Assembly: GCA_963707025.1 (NCBI GenBank)
Contig: CAVPOM010000007.1
Coordinates: 64,001 to 128,000 of the forward strand
Source of the DNA: an uncultured Verrucomicrobiae bacterium
Lineage (GTDB): Bacteria > Verrucomicrobiota > Verrucomicrobiia > Limisphaerales > Palsa-1400
Length of the DNA stretch: 64,000 nucleotides
Direction: 5' to 3'
Shown: positions 20,006 through 30,276 of the stretch, in pieces
Layout of the letters: each line of letters begins with the position of its first letter
Position numbering within the stretch: the first letter of the stretch is position 1
Notes under the pieces: model-generated
Seen by the model: only the letters and a program-made list of their open reading frames with translations
Told to the model about the DNA's origin: nothing
Databases searched by the model: none
Position numbers and translations under genes: made by a program

Positions 20006-21856
20006 TCACCCGGTCCCTCCCCCGGCAGGCGGCCCGGGGGAAGGCTCCGGTGGCTCGTGAAACTGGAGCATGTAGAGCTTGTGATAAACACCGCCCAAGG
20101 CGAGCAGTTCGGCGTGGCGGCCGGTTTCGACAATGCGTCCCTGGTCAAGAACAAGGATCACGTCGGCTCCCTGCACGGTGGAAAGGCGGTGGGCGATGCA
20201 AAGGGTGGTCCGCCCTTTCATCAGTTCATCCAGGGCGGCCTGCACCGCCCGCTCGGCTTCGTTGTCCAGCGAACTGGTGGCTTCATCCAGGACGAGGATG
20301 GGGGCGTTTTTCAAAATGGCCCGGGCAATGGAAAGGCGCTGCCGCTGCCCGCCGGAAAGGGTCACGCCTTTCTCCCCAATGCCCGCTTCGTAGCCGCCCG
20401 GCTTCTCCAGGATGAACTCGTGGGCAAGGGCGTGTTTGGCCGCCTGCTCCACGTCGGCGGCGCTGGCCCCGGGGCGTCCGCAGGCGATGTTGTTGCGAAT
20501 GGTGTCGTTGAAAAGAATGACCTCCTGGGTGACGACGGCGATCTGGGAGTGCAGGTCGCGCAAGGCGGCCTGGCGCAAGTCCACACCGCCGATGCGGACG
20601 GCGCCGGCCGTGGGATCGTAGAAGCGGAGCAGCAGGTTGGTCAGGGTGGTTTTGCCGGAGCCGGTCCGGCCGACCAGCGCGACCATCTGGCCGGGTTTGA
20701 CTTTCAACTGGATGTCGCGCAGCACCAGGCCGGCGCCATAGCCGAAGCTGACATTGTCAAAATGAATTTCCCGGCCGGCCGCCTGAAGGGGCACGGGTTG
20801 GGCCGGGTCGGTCAGGGTGTTGGGGATGGCCAGCAATTCAAAGACGCGCTGGGTGGCGGCCTGGGCCTGGGTCATCTGGCTGTGCAGGCGGGTGAGGGCT
20901 TTGATCGGCGGGTAAAGGCTGAGCAACGGGACCATAAAAGCACCCAAGTAGGCCACGTCGGCGCCCTGGCTCAGGAGGTAGAGGAACATGCCGGCTATGC
21001 CAATGGCTCCCACAAATTCAATCAACGGGCCGGGTGATTCGGTGGCCCGGACCACCCGCATAAAGTTGCTGCGGAAGGTGTTCAGATTGGCCCGGAATTG
21101 TTTGACCACGACCGGTTCCAGATTGTAGGCCTTGATGATGCGGTTGCCGGTGAAGGATTCGTGCATGACTTTGCCCAGCGCGGCCGCTTCGGTCTGGATG
21201 GCGGCGCTGGCGCGGCCGCCTTTGCGGCTGTAAATGGAGATCGGAATGACGCACAAGGGAAAGACCACCAAGGACAGGAGCGTGAGCCGCCAGTCCAGGG
21301 CGAGCATCACAAGGACGCAGGTCAGGATGGTGCAGGGGGCCTGGATGAGCGTGACCAGCGACACGCCGATCATGTTTTGCAACAGGGTAATGTCGTTGTT
21401 GCGCGAGATCAGTTCGCCGGTGCTGACGCGCGTGAAGAAGCTCAAGGGCAGATTGAGCAGATGTTCAAAAAGCCGGGCGCGCAGATCGCAGGTGGTTCGC
21501 GCCCCCACCCATCCCATCAGATACGCGTTCAAATAAGACACCACACCGCGAACCAACACCACCAGCGGAATCAGGCCCACCATGGCAATTCTCCCAAGAG
21601 AACTTTGGGAGTGGCCGCTCATCCAATCCTTGACGTGGGCAAACAGGACACTGGCCCAACCGGAGGCCGCTACGGGCGTTTTGGGCGATAAACCACTCAT
21701 GGCCGCGGGCGAGAACAGGACGCTGACCACCAGCACGACGGTCAGATAAAAGAGCGGCTGGGCCACGGCATTTAAGATCCCAAAAAATGCGCCCAGGAGA
21801 AAGCGCCCCTTGTAGGGCCGGTTTAATTCCCACAGCTTAAAAAAAAATTTGATCAT
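20006..21856 (-). CDS. MsbA-like ABC exporter (TMD+NBD)
   Basis: N-terminal TM domain, GRTGSGKT, LSGGQRQR, VLDEATS; LPS gene context. Confidence 0.9.
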   Translation of the reverse strand: MIKFFFKLWELNRPYKGRFLLGAFFGILNAVAQPLFYLTVVLVVSVLFSPAAMSGLSPKTPVAASGWASVLFAHVKDWMSGHSQSSLGRIAMVGLIPLVVLVRGVVSYLNAYLMGWVGARTTCDLRARLFEHLLNLPLSFFTRVSTGELISRNNDITLLQNMIGVSLVTLIQAPCTILTCVLVMLALDWRLTLLSLVVFPLCVIPISIYSRKGGRASAAIQTEAAALGKVMHESFTGNRIIKAYNLEPVVVKQFRANLNTFRSNFMRVVRATESPGPLIEFVGAIGIAGMFLYLLSQGADVAYLGAFMVPLLSLYPPIKALTRLHSQMTQAQAATQRVFELLAIPNTLTDPAQPVPLQAAGREIHFDNVSFGYGAGLVLRDIQLKVKPGQMVALVGRTGSGKTTLTNLLLRFYDPTAGAVRIGGVDLRQAALRDLHSQIAVVTQEVILFNDTIRNNIACGRPGASAADVEQAAKHALAHEFILEKPGGYEAGIGEKGVTLSGGQRQRLSIARAILKNAPILVLDEATSSLDNEAERAVQAALDELMKGRTTLCIAHRLSTVQGADVILVLDQGRIVETGRHAELLALGGVYHKLYMLQFHEPPEPSPGPPAGGGTG

Positions 21857-21893
21857 GCGCGCTTGCGCCAGTATGCCCCGCAGGGCGCAAACT

Positions 21894-22979
21894 TCAAAGT
21901 TTAAGGTGCTGGGCGGAAATGGGCCGGAGCGGGCGAATGGCTTCAAAGACCTCGCGCGGGGAAATGGCGGCCAGACATTCGGCCCGGCCCCTGGCCTGGC
22001 AACGGTTCCGGCCGGAGTCCAGACACGGGCAGCCCGCGGCCAGGTACTTGTGTTGCACACCCGCGGGCGGCAGCCATTCCTTCAAGCCGGGATATTTGCG
22101 GAAGAGGGTGAAGGTGGAAACGCCCAGGGCGGCCGCCAGATGCAGCACGCCGGAATCCGCGCCCAGGTGCAGGCGGCAGCGTTGCAGCAGGGCCGCCAAT
22201 TGTCCAATGTTCAGCCCCGGCAGACAGAGCAGGCGCGCCTCGGGCACGTTGTCGCCCAGCCGGTCCAGGCGGTCGGACTCGCGGGGGCTGGCCGCGGCGG
22301 TGGCCACCAGTTGCACGGCCGGGTCGCTCTCCAAAATCATCCTGGCCAGTTCGGCCCAGTTATCCAGCGGCCATTCCTTGAGCGGCGTGCTGGCGTTGAT
22401 GGAGAGGTGAATGGCATTGGCCGGGATGTTGGCCGCGACCGATTCCCGCGCCTTCTCCGGCACCCGCAGATCAAACCGGGCCGGCTCGAGCGAGAAACCC
22501 GCCGCCGCCAGCACCTGGCGCCGCTGGGCGAAAACGGGGATGTCGCGGCTTTGTCGCGGCACCCAGTTGCCGATCAGCCAACGGTTCCAGAAATGGCGGC
22601 GCCCGCCCTCATGCGCCAGGCGCCACTGCGCGCCCGTCAAGGCCGTCAGGAAAATCGTGCGGTCCGCCCCGCTGAAATTGAAGGCCGCGTCATAATTCTC
22701 CCGGCGCAGGGCGCGGATCACGTCCCAATGCCGCCACCAGGCCGGGCTTTGCGGCGTCAAGGGAAACGCCCAGGCCCGGTCCACGCACGGCGCCAGGCCG
22801 AGCAATTCCGCCCCCACCGCGGCGGACAAGGTGTGAAGTTGCGCCGCCGGATAATGGCGTTTGATTTCCCACAACGCCGGGACGAGATGGACCGAATCGC
22901 CGAGGAATCCCAAATCCACCACGATGATTTTGCGCGCCGATTTGGTGGTTTCATAAAAATTTGCGCCCACGGCCTGCAT
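21894..22979 (-). CDS. Glycosyltransferase family 9 (heptosyltransferase-like)
   Basis: LGDSVHLVPAL, KEWP, GADSGVLHLAAALG. Confidence 0.9.
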   Translation of the reverse strand: MQAVGANFYETTKSARKIIVVDLGFLGDSVHLVPALWEIKRHYPAAQLHTLSAAVGAELLGLAPCVDRAWAFPLTPQSPAWWRHWDVIRALRRENYDAAFNFSGADRTIFLTALTGAQWRLAHEGGRRHFWNRWLIGNWVPRQSRDIPVFAQRRQVLAAAGFSLEPARFDLRVPEKARESVAANIPANAIHLSINASTPLKEWPLDNWAELARMILESDPAVQLVATAAASPRESDRLDRLGDNVPEARLLCLPGLNIGQLAALLQRCRLHLGADSGVLHLAAALGVSTFTLFRKYPGLKEWLPPAGVQHKYLAAGCPCLDSGRNRCQARGRAECLAAISPREVFEAIRPLRPISAQHLKL

Positions 22980-23065
22980 GTCGTCTAGTTAAGGGCAACG
23001 GGCCGGATTGGCGAGAGCAAAATCGTCTGAAGGCGGAGGGGGCATTTCCCATTTTTGGGTTAACT

Positions 23066-23156
23066 TTCTTAATCGTAATCTTAATCTTGCTCTTAATCCG
23101 AATGCAGGAGGGCGATGCGATTAAGATTAAGATTAAGATTAAGAGCATGATTAAGA
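23066..23156. repeat. Inverted pair of AATCTT hexamer arrays
   Basis: (TTAATC)n facing (GATTAA)n; same family at about 32340, 34430, 37268, 60350 and 63006. Confidence 0.85.
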
Positions 23157-23270
23157 GGGGAACCCAAAAATCTGAAAGGCACGCCGGAGGGACCCCCGGG
23201 CCCGAGCGGCCGCCGGGAGGGAGGCCAGTTTCTGACTGACTTGGGCGGGCGACGTGGTAAATTGGGGAGC

Positions 23271-23501
23271 ATGAAGATGGCGACAACAGCGGCGCAACAA
23301 CGGCGCTGGATGCAACAATGGCGCGAGGCGGCCATTTTTTTGGATGAGGTGAAGCGGGATGAATTGGCCAGCCTAACCGAGCATGGCGCGTGGCGGCAGA
23401 TCGAGGGGCTGCTTTCCCTCGCTCCTCACTACCGCCGTCTCTCGCGCACCTCCGGCTTGGTCAAACAGCAGGCCTGGTTTCACAAACGGAACAGGAAATG
23501 A
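23271..23501 (+). CDS. Small hypothetical protein (putative antitoxin)
   Basis: 76 aa, coupled by ATGA to the downstream nucleotidyltransferase. Confidence 0.65.
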   Translation: MKMATTAAQQRRWMQQWREAAIFLDEVKRDELASLTEHGAWRQIEGLLSLAPHYRRLSRTSGLVKQQAWFHKRNRK

Positions 23502-24109
23502 ACGATGTCATCTCCGCCGCGCTTGAGTTGCAGGCAGTCTGCCAGAAACACGGCTGGCGATTTTGTTTTATTGGCGGCATCGCGGTGCAGCGTTGGAGCG
23601 AACCCAGGTTCACCGACGATGCGGACCTTACTTTGCTGACCGGTTTCGGCTCGGAGGACGCCTTTATCCGGCCTCTGCTCGAGGTCTTTGCCCCCAGGAG
23701 ACCCGATGCCGCTGAGTTTGCCTTGCGCAACCGCGTCCTTGTTCTCAAGAATTCCCAAGGCGTCGGCCTGGATGTTGCCTTGGGCGCTTTCCCGTTTGAA
23801 ACACACACGATTGAGCGATCCTCGCCATTTGTCTTTCCCACCGGCCAGTCTCTTATTACCTGCTCGGCGGAAGACTTGCTGGTGCATAAATGCTTTGCCA
23901 ACCGGGAGAAGGACTGGCTGGATGTGGACGGCATCCTGGCGCGGCAGTGGAACAAACTGAATTTGAAACTGGTGCGGGCGGAATTGAAGCCGCTGGCAGA
24001 GTTGAAGGAGGAACCGGAGATCATGGTCCGGCTGGAACAGAAGATCGCCCGCCACAACCAGCCCTTCACCCGGATCAAACCCACCCGGCCGAGGAAGAAA
24101 CGACGGTGA
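23498..24109 (+). CDS. Nucleotidyltransferase (AbiEii-like, putative toxin)
   Basis: FIGGIAV..PRFTDDADL..EDLLVHK..REKDWLD. Confidence 0.8.
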   Translation: MNDVISAALELQAVCQKHGWRFCFIGGIAVQRWSEPRFTDDADLTLLTGFGSEDAFIRPLLEVFAPRRPDAAEFALRNRVLVLKNSQGVGLDVALGAFPFETHTIERSSPFVFPTGQSLITCSAEDLLVHKCFANREKDWLDVDGILARQWNKLNLKLVRAELKPLAELKEEPEIMVRLEQKIARHNQPFTRIKPTRPRKKRR

Positions 24110-24897
24110 ATAAATTACCCATTTCGGTCTGCATTATTTCCGGGGCGGAAGCCCGCCGCATCGGCCAAGCCCTGGCCAGCGTCGCCTCCTGGACTTGCGA
24201 GATCATCGTCGTGCTGAACGAGGAGGTGGCCGACGGCACGGACCAGATCGCCGCCTCCCATGGCGCCCGGGTTTTTCGCGAGGCGTGGAAGGGTCACATC
24301 GCCCAAAAGAATTCCGCCATGGCCAAGGCCACCCAGCCCTGGATTTTGGGATTGGATGCCGACGAAGCGGTATCGGAGGAATTGCGCGATGAAATTCTGG
24401 CTCTCCCGATGCCGTGGTCAACTTATGCCGCCTACAATTTTCCGCGCCGCACTTTTTATCTGGGCCGATGGATTCGTCATGGCGACTGGTATCCGGACCG
24501 TTGCACGCGGCTGTGGCGGCAGGGGAAGGCGCGCTGGGAGGGCATTGATCCGCATGACTGCCTGCGGGTGGACGGCGCGACCGGAAAGCTGCGGGGCGAT
24601 CTGCTCCATTATTCCAATCCGAACATCAGCAGCTACGTGAGGAAAATCAATTACTTCGCCGATCTGCATCTGCAACGGCAGTTGGCCGAAAAGGCGCGCT
24701 GGTCCGCGGCCGGCGCCATCTTGCGCGCGGCCTGGCGCTTTGTGCGCGCTTATGTTTTGCGCCTGGGGTTTCTGGATGGCTATCCCGGCTTTTTCATCGC
24801 GGCTTCCACCGCCTATTCCACCCTGGTCCGGCACAGCCGGCTCTTCGAGCATTTGCAAACCACCCAGCCGCCATGCGCGCCGTCCCAATCTCGCTGA
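24106..24897 (+). CDS. Glycosyltransferase family 2 (LPS core type)
   Basis: SVCII, DGT, QKNSA, LDADE, GDWYPD. Confidence 0.9.
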   Translation: MNKLPISVCIISGAEARRIGQALASVASWTCEIIVVLNEEVADGTDQIAASHGARVFREAWKGHIAQKNSAMAKATQPWILGLDADEAVSEELRDEILALPMPWSTYAAYNFPRRTFYLGRWIRHGDWYPDRCTRLWRQGKARWEGIDPHDCLRVDGATGKLRGDLLHYSNPNISSYVRKINYFADLHLQRQLAEKARWSAAGAILRAAWRFVRAYVLRLGFLDGYPGFFIAASTAYSTLVRHSRLFEHLQTTQPPCAPSQSR

Positions 24898-25778
24898 TCA
24901 TCTCCACTTACGAGCGGCCCGGCCCGCTGGAGCAGGTCTTGCTCGGCGTCCAGCGCCAGTCGGTCAGTCCGCTGGAAATCTTCATCGCTGACGACGGCTC
25001 CGGCCCCGCGACCCGCGCCTTGCTCAGCTCATGGCAGCAACGGCTGGCCGCCCCCTTGCGCCACCTCTGGCAGCCCGACCTGGGCTTCCGCAAAACTCTC
25101 ATTCTCAACCAGGCCGCCGCGGCGGCCCAGGGCGATTACCTTGTCTTGCTCGACGGGGATTGCGTGCCGCATCCCAAATTCATCGCCGACCACGCCGCGC
25201 TGGCGGAGAAGAACTACTGGGTGCAGGGCCGCCGCTGTTTTGTGCGGGAAAAATTCGCCCCGGCCTTTTCCGCCGCCAGCACGCCCGTCGGCCAATGGCT
25301 GCTGGCCGGACGCATCACCGGTCTGGCCAAGGCCGTTCGCCTCCCCTTTCCGGTGGTGCGCCGCAACACCGGCCAGCGCGGCATCATCGGTTGCAACATG
25401 GCCTTCTGGCGCGAGGATCTTCTGGCCATCAATGGTTTTGACGAGGAATATACCGGCTGGGGCATTGGGGAGGACTCCGACCTTGGCACGCGGCTTTACC
25501 ATCTGGGCCGGCCGCGCAAATTTGTTTATGGCCATGCCATTGTTTACCATTTGAACCACCCCATGCTCGGCCGCAGCCACCTCCAGGCCAGCCGGCAGCG
25601 CCTGGCCGAAACCATCCGCTCGGGCAAAATCCGCTGCGAGCGGGGGATCGAACAATACCTTTCCAACGCCGCCCAGCCCCCGTGGAATCAGTCAGCCCTG
25701 GATGGCAGGGCGCGCACTCCGTGCGCGCCGCGGCGGGTCCCGATAATTCGGGACCCGCCCTACCTTCCCCCCGCATGA
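24873..25778 (+). CDS. Glycosyltransferase family 2; C-terminus encoded by a REP element
   Basis: IADDGS, LDGDC, GCNMAFWR..NGFDEEYTGWG.EDSD; tail RARTPCAPRRVPIIRDPPY comes from the repeat at about 25704-25764. Confidence 0.9.
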   Translation: MRAVPISLIISTYERPGPLEQVLLGVQRQSVSPLEIFIADDGSGPATRALLSSWQQRLAAPLRHLWQPDLGFRKTLILNQAAAAAQGDYLVLLDGDCVPHPKFIADHAALAEKNYWVQGRRCFVREKFAPAFSAASTPVGQWLLAGRITGLAKAVRLPFPVVRRNTGQRGIIGCNMAFWREDLLAINGFDEEYTGWGIGEDSDLGTRLYHLGRPRKFVYGHAIVYHLNHPMLGRSHLQASRQRLAETIRSGKIRCERGIEQYLSNAAQPPWNQSALDGRARTPCAPRRVPIIRDPPYLPPA

Positions 25779-26986
25779 AATCCACCCCCGAAGCGGGCCG
25801 CGCGCCGTTGCGGATTTTGCAGCTCAATTCCCTCCTCACCGGCGGCGGGACCGACGGCCAATGCGTCCAACTGGCGGCCGGACTGGGCCAACTGGGCCAG
25901 CACGTCATGCTGGCCGGTCCGGGCGGGCGGGAATTTTCCAAAATCATCCGCGCTGCCGGCCTGCCGCTCCTGGACACGGGCCATGATGCCTCCCGGTTGA
26001 GATTTATTCTCCGCGCCGCCCGTTGGATTCGCCGGGAAAAAATTCAAGTGGTCCACGGCCACCACGGATGCGACCTTTGGCCCGCGATTTTCGCCGCAAA
26101 AATGTCCGGCATGAAACCGAAGATTGTTCTGACACGCCACCTGGCCAAAAGCCCCGCCTCCTTCGCCAGCCGCCGTTTTTTGCTCGGCCAATGCGACGCC
26201 CTCATCGCCGTCTCCGCCTTCGTGGCGCGCGTCCTGCGCGAAGGGGTTTATGAGCCCGATTCGCCGGAGGAGGAACGGCGCCGCCGTCCGCCCCTGCGCG
26301 GGGATTTTAGCAAGATTCATGTCATTTACGGCGGGATTGACACCAGCCGGTTCCGCCCGTCCGAGGCGGCGGAGAAAAGGCGCGAACTGGGTTTGGCCCC
26401 GGAGCATTTCGGGTTTGCCGTCGTGGGCGGCTATGATTTGCCGCGCGGCAAGGGCCAGCGCGAATTCTTGATGGCTGCGGCCCAGGCGCATGAGAAAATT
26501 CCGCGGGCGCGCTTTCTCATCATTGGCCGCGGCAGCATGGCGGAGATGTTGCGGGCGGACATTGCGCGGCTGGGCCTGGCCGGCAAGGCCTGGCTCACGC
26601 CCTACGCGACGGACATGCCATCGGTCATGAACGCCATAGATTGCCTGGTGCATCCGCAAATCGGCACCGAAGCGCTGGGCCTGGTCATCTGCGAGGCGCA
26701 CGCCTGCGGCAAACCGGTCATCGCCTCGGCCCTGGACGGCATTCCCGAGGCCTTTGGGGCGGGCCAGTGCGGGCGGCTGGTGCCGCCGGAAAACATCGCC
26801 GAACTGGCCGCGGCGATGGAGGCGCAGGCGGCCCAGCCGGCGCTGGCCGCCGCCGCCGCCGCCGCCCTCCACGAGAAAGTCGCGCGCGTCTTTTCCCTGG
26901 AACGTTCGGCCAGCGAGGTCTTGCGGCTCTATGCCGATTTGTTATCGTGCGCCAGTCTCGCCGCCGGCGCGCCGCCGGGTGGTTGA
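25775..26986 (+). CDS. Glycosyltransferase family 4
   Basis: GGTD, KGQ, EALGLVICEAHACGKPVIAS..GIPE. Confidence 0.92.
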   Translation: MKSTPEAGRAPLRILQLNSLLTGGGTDGQCVQLAAGLGQLGQHVMLAGPGGREFSKIIRAAGLPLLDTGHDASRLRFILRAARWIRREKIQVVHGHHGCDLWPAIFAAKMSGMKPKIVLTRHLAKSPASFASRRFLLGQCDALIAVSAFVARVLREGVYEPDSPEEERRRRPPLRGDFSKIHVIYGGIDTSRFRPSEAAEKRRELGLAPEHFGFAVVGGYDLPRGKGQREFLMAAAQAHEKIPRARFLIIGRGSMAEMLRADIARLGLAGKAWLTPYATDMPSVMNAIDCLVHPQIGTEALGLVICEAHACGKPVIASALDGIPEAFGAGQCGRLVPPENIAELAAAMEAQAAQPALAAAAAAALHEKVARVFSLERSASEVLRLYADLLSCASLAAGAPPGG

Positions 26987-26987
26987 A

Positions 26988-27911
26988 ATGAAAATGAAAA
27001 TTCGCCTGGATTTCTGCGATTTTTGGCCGGGTTTTCCCAAAACCGATAATTTCTTTTACCGCCTTCTCCGCGAACGGTTCGAGGTGGAAATCTGCGACCG
27101 GCCCGACTTTTTGATCTTCGCTGACCTGGGGCAGCATGTGCATCGGGTGCATAACTGCGTCAAAATCCATTACTGCGTGGAGGATTTTGCCCCCGATTTC
27201 AAGCAATACGATTACGCTTTCACCTGCCACCAGATGGATGATCCGCGAAACCTGCGGCTGCCCAGCTATGCCTTGCGCGATCCACGCACGCTGCTGAAGG
27301 ACCAAGACGACCTGGAACAAATCATGGCCGCCAAAACCAAGTTCTGCGCTTTCCTGGCGCGCTACGCCAACCGCAAAACCCGGGTGCGCAACGATTTTTT
27401 CCAAAAGCTCTGCCAGTACAAGAAAGTGGACTCGGCCGGAGGCGCGCTCAACAACACGGGCTATCGCGTCCCCGAGGGCGCGGCGGCCAAGCTGGAGTTT
27501 CTCCGTCCCTACAAATTCAACATCGCCTTCGAGAACGCGTCCGTGCCCGAATACACGACGGAAAAGATTGTCGAGGCCATGCAGGCGCGGGCCATGCCGG
27601 TTTATTGGGGAAATCCGCGGATTGGGGAGGAATTCAATTCCAGGAGCTTTCTCAATTATTTCGATTTCAAGAACGAAGAGGCCCTCATTGAAAAAATCAT
27701 CGAACTGGACCAGGACGACGCCAAGTACATGGAATATCTGCGCCAGCCCTATTTTCACCACAACCAGCCGAATGAATTTTTCAGCCACGAACGGCTGTTG
27801 AATTTCTTTGGAAAAATTTTCACCACCCCGATCACCCCGGTTTCGACGCGGCGCTATCCTCTGCAAATTGACCGATGGATTCCGGTGCTGAAGAACCGGC
27901 CCAATCAATGA
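26988..27911 (+). CDS. Glycosyltransferase family 10 (alpha-1,3-fucosyltransferase-like)
   Basis: YKFNIAFENAS..YTTEKI..AMPVYWG motif. Confidence 0.9.
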   Translation: MKMKIRLDFCDFWPGFPKTDNFFYRLLRERFEVEICDRPDFLIFADLGQHVHRVHNCVKIHYCVEDFAPDFKQYDYAFTCHQMDDPRNLRLPSYALRDPRTLLKDQDDLEQIMAAKTKFCAFLARYANRKTRVRNDFFQKLCQYKKVDSAGGALNNTGYRVPEGAAAKLEFLRPYKFNIAFENASVPEYTTEKIVEAMQARAMPVYWGNPRIGEEFNSRSFLNYFDFKNEEALIEKIIELDQDDAKYMEYLRQPYFHHNQPNEFFSHERLLNFFGKIFTTPITPVSTRRYPLQIDRWIPVLKNRPNQ

Positions 27912-27941
27912 CAATGCTTTAGTCATGGGTGGGCTGTATCA

Positions 27942-28041
27942 GGCAGGGCGGGTCCCGAATTATCGGGACCCGCCGCACGAAGGTGGTACGAGGTGGATTC
28001 TACCAATGCCCGACGGCGGGCAGAGGACTGCCCGCCCTACC
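27942..28041. repeat. REP-doublet-like element between convergent genes
   Basis: Two GC hairpins with GGCAGGGCG/CGCCCTACC ends; supplies the stop codon of the gene ending at 28037. Confidence 0.9.
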
Positions 28042-29052
28042 ATCCATGACGCATTGCCATCACTGATCCCGGGCCGGCCTTTCCGGCCAGGAACAGCCGG
28101 GTGATTTGGTTTATTTTGCGCCGGGCCTGGCCCCGGGCCAGTCGCGCCCGCCAGGCGGCGGGTTGGAGAAGCCACGGCGTTTTGGCGCGGCGCAGGCGGT
28201 CCAGCTTGTCCTGCGCCAGGGCGGCGGTGTTCAGGGCCGGCTCCAGTTCGGCCCAGCGGACCGCCTCCAGTATTGCCGGCAGCGCCGGGTTGCTGGACCG
28301 CTGGCGGGCGATAACGTCTTGGGCCAGCCGGAACAGTTGCAAGGCCAGGGAGTCAACCTGATAATCGGCCAGGGAATAGGCCTTGGGGTGCTGGCGAAAG
28401 GTGGAGAACCGTTGCGGCGTCACGGCAATTTTAAGGTCGAAAACATTCTGCACACCCCAGGCGCCGTCCCCGGCCGTTCCGAACTCCACGGGAAAGGGGC
28501 GCTGGCGCAGACAATCGGTCCGATACAGGTTGCTGGCCGCGCTGCCGGGCAGGGCGCACCACAGGTGCGTCACGGTGAACAGAAATTGTTCCGCCGTGGA
28601 CAGCAACCCAGCCCGCGCCATCTTCCGTCCTTCCAGGATGTCATCAATCAACCACCGGCTGTCCGGCAGGGCCAGCCCGGCGGCGTTGATGAAATGGGGC
28701 TTGCTCAGCACCAGGTCGCATTGGAACTCCTCCGCCACCTGGCACAGATGTTCCAGGCCGGGGCGGGTGATGGCATCGCCCACGGTGGCGATATAGAGGT
28801 ATTTGGCGCTGACATTTTGGATCCCGAAATTCCAGGATTGGTACAAACCGGGCGGATGGGTCAAGTAAATCGTGCGGGCCTGGGCAGGCCGGCCTTTAAC
28901 AGTTCCACCGTCCCATCCTGCGAGGCGCTGTCCACCACCACAATTTGCTCCGCCATGTCAATCCAGGGCAGGAGAGAGGCGATATGTTCGGGCAACAGCG
29001 GCGCGCAATTGCGGGTTGGGATCAGCACCCCGAGGGACGGAGCGGCGCTCAT
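28037..29052 (-). CDS. Glycosyltransferase family 2 (apparent frameshift near 28877)
   Basis: LIPTRN..VVDSASQDGT continues into THPPGLYQSWNFG. Confidence 0.8.
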
Positions 29053-29098
29053 GTTTGCCCTTGAATTTGACGGGTTTGGGACAACCATTCTTCATCGT

Positions 29099-30049
29099 TT
29101 GAAAACGTCACCTGTTTCATTTACCGTTCTCATTCCCAATTACAATCACGCGGCCTTTCTTCCCCAATGCCTGGACTCGGTGGTCACCCAGTCCCGCCCG
29201 CCGGAGGCCATTTATGTGATTGATGATGCTTCCACGGACGGGAGTGTCGAGGTCATCCGCGCGTATGTCCAGCGCTTTCCCCATGTTCATCTGGTCCAAA
29301 AGAAAAAGAACTGCGGTTACAATGCCAACATCAACGAATTCCTGCCGCAACTCAAAAGCAGCCATGTTTTCTTTTTGGGGGCGGATGATTATCTGCTGCC
29401 CGGCGCCGTCGAACTGGCCCGCGCCATGCTCTCGGAGCACCCGGAGGCCGGGTTTTGCCTGACGGACGTTGTGGAGGTGTTTCCCGGCCGCGAGCCGCGG
29501 GCCTTCAGTTATAAATTGTCGCCCGAGCCCGCCTGGTTCCCGCGCGCCAGGGCGGCCGCGGCCATCTGCGGGCGCGCCCTGGTGCCGCAATGCTTTCTTC
29601 ATTTGGAGGGCTTGCGGCAAATGGGAGGTTTCCCCGAGAGCCTGCGCTGGCACGCAGACCATTTCGTCTGCGCCGTCCTGGCCTTGCGCCAGGGCTTTTG
29701 TTACGTCCCAAAAGCCGGGGCGGCCTTCCGCAAGCTGCCGATGTCGGATTCGGCGCAGGGCATGGGCGGGGAGGGGGAGCGGGAGGTGATGTTGGGTTAT
29801 CTGGACTGCCTTTGCCGGCCTGAATTCACCGATATCAAAAGCGCCTTGCGGGACAGCCAGGTGCTGGCCATCTTTGATCGCGGTTTGCTCCGCGCGCTTT
29901 GGCGAAACCGGCAGTACCGCTACTTCCTGACTCCCTCGTTGGTGGCCAGGCTCTTTTTGCGCCGGGTCAGACGCGTGATCCGCCACCCAGTCCCTCGTCC
30001 GGTCAAACAGTGGGTTCGCCGCCGGTTCCTGCGGCCACACCGGCTCTGA
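29099..30049 (+). CDS. Glycosyltransferase family 2
   Basis: LIPNYNH, IDDASTDGS, GADD; start codon uncertain. Confidence 0.88.
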   Translation: MKTSPVSFTVLIPNYNHAAFLPQCLDSVVTQSRPPEAIYVIDDASTDGSVEVIRAYVQRFPHVHLVQKKKNCGYNANINEFLPQLKSSHVFFLGADDYLLPGAVELARAMLSEHPEAGFCLTDVVEVFPGREPRAFSYKLSPEPAWFPRARAAAAICGRALVPQCFLHLEGLRQMGGFPESLRWHADHFVCAVLALRQGFCYVPKAGAAFRKLPMSDSAQGMGGEGEREVMLGYLDCLCRPEFTDIKSALRDSQVLAIFDRGLLRALWRNRQYRYFLTPSLVARLFLRRVRRVIRHPVPRPVKQWVRRRFLRPHRL

Positions 30050-30276
30050 ATCACTCGCAGACCATCAGCTGGCCCGCCCCGGTTTATCCACGGTACACAG
30101 ACTGCCGGCCCCATGAGTTGAGAAAGTCGGGAAAACGTCAGCCTGGCCTGGTGTTTTCCATGAAACCGCTGTTTTCTTGATGTCCACCCAGTCGGCTTGA
30201 CCAAGGCGGCCCGCGCTGCCTTGTCAAGGCCGCGCAGCCGGGCTGGGTTGCAGAGGACCCTCCAGCAGCCGTGGCC

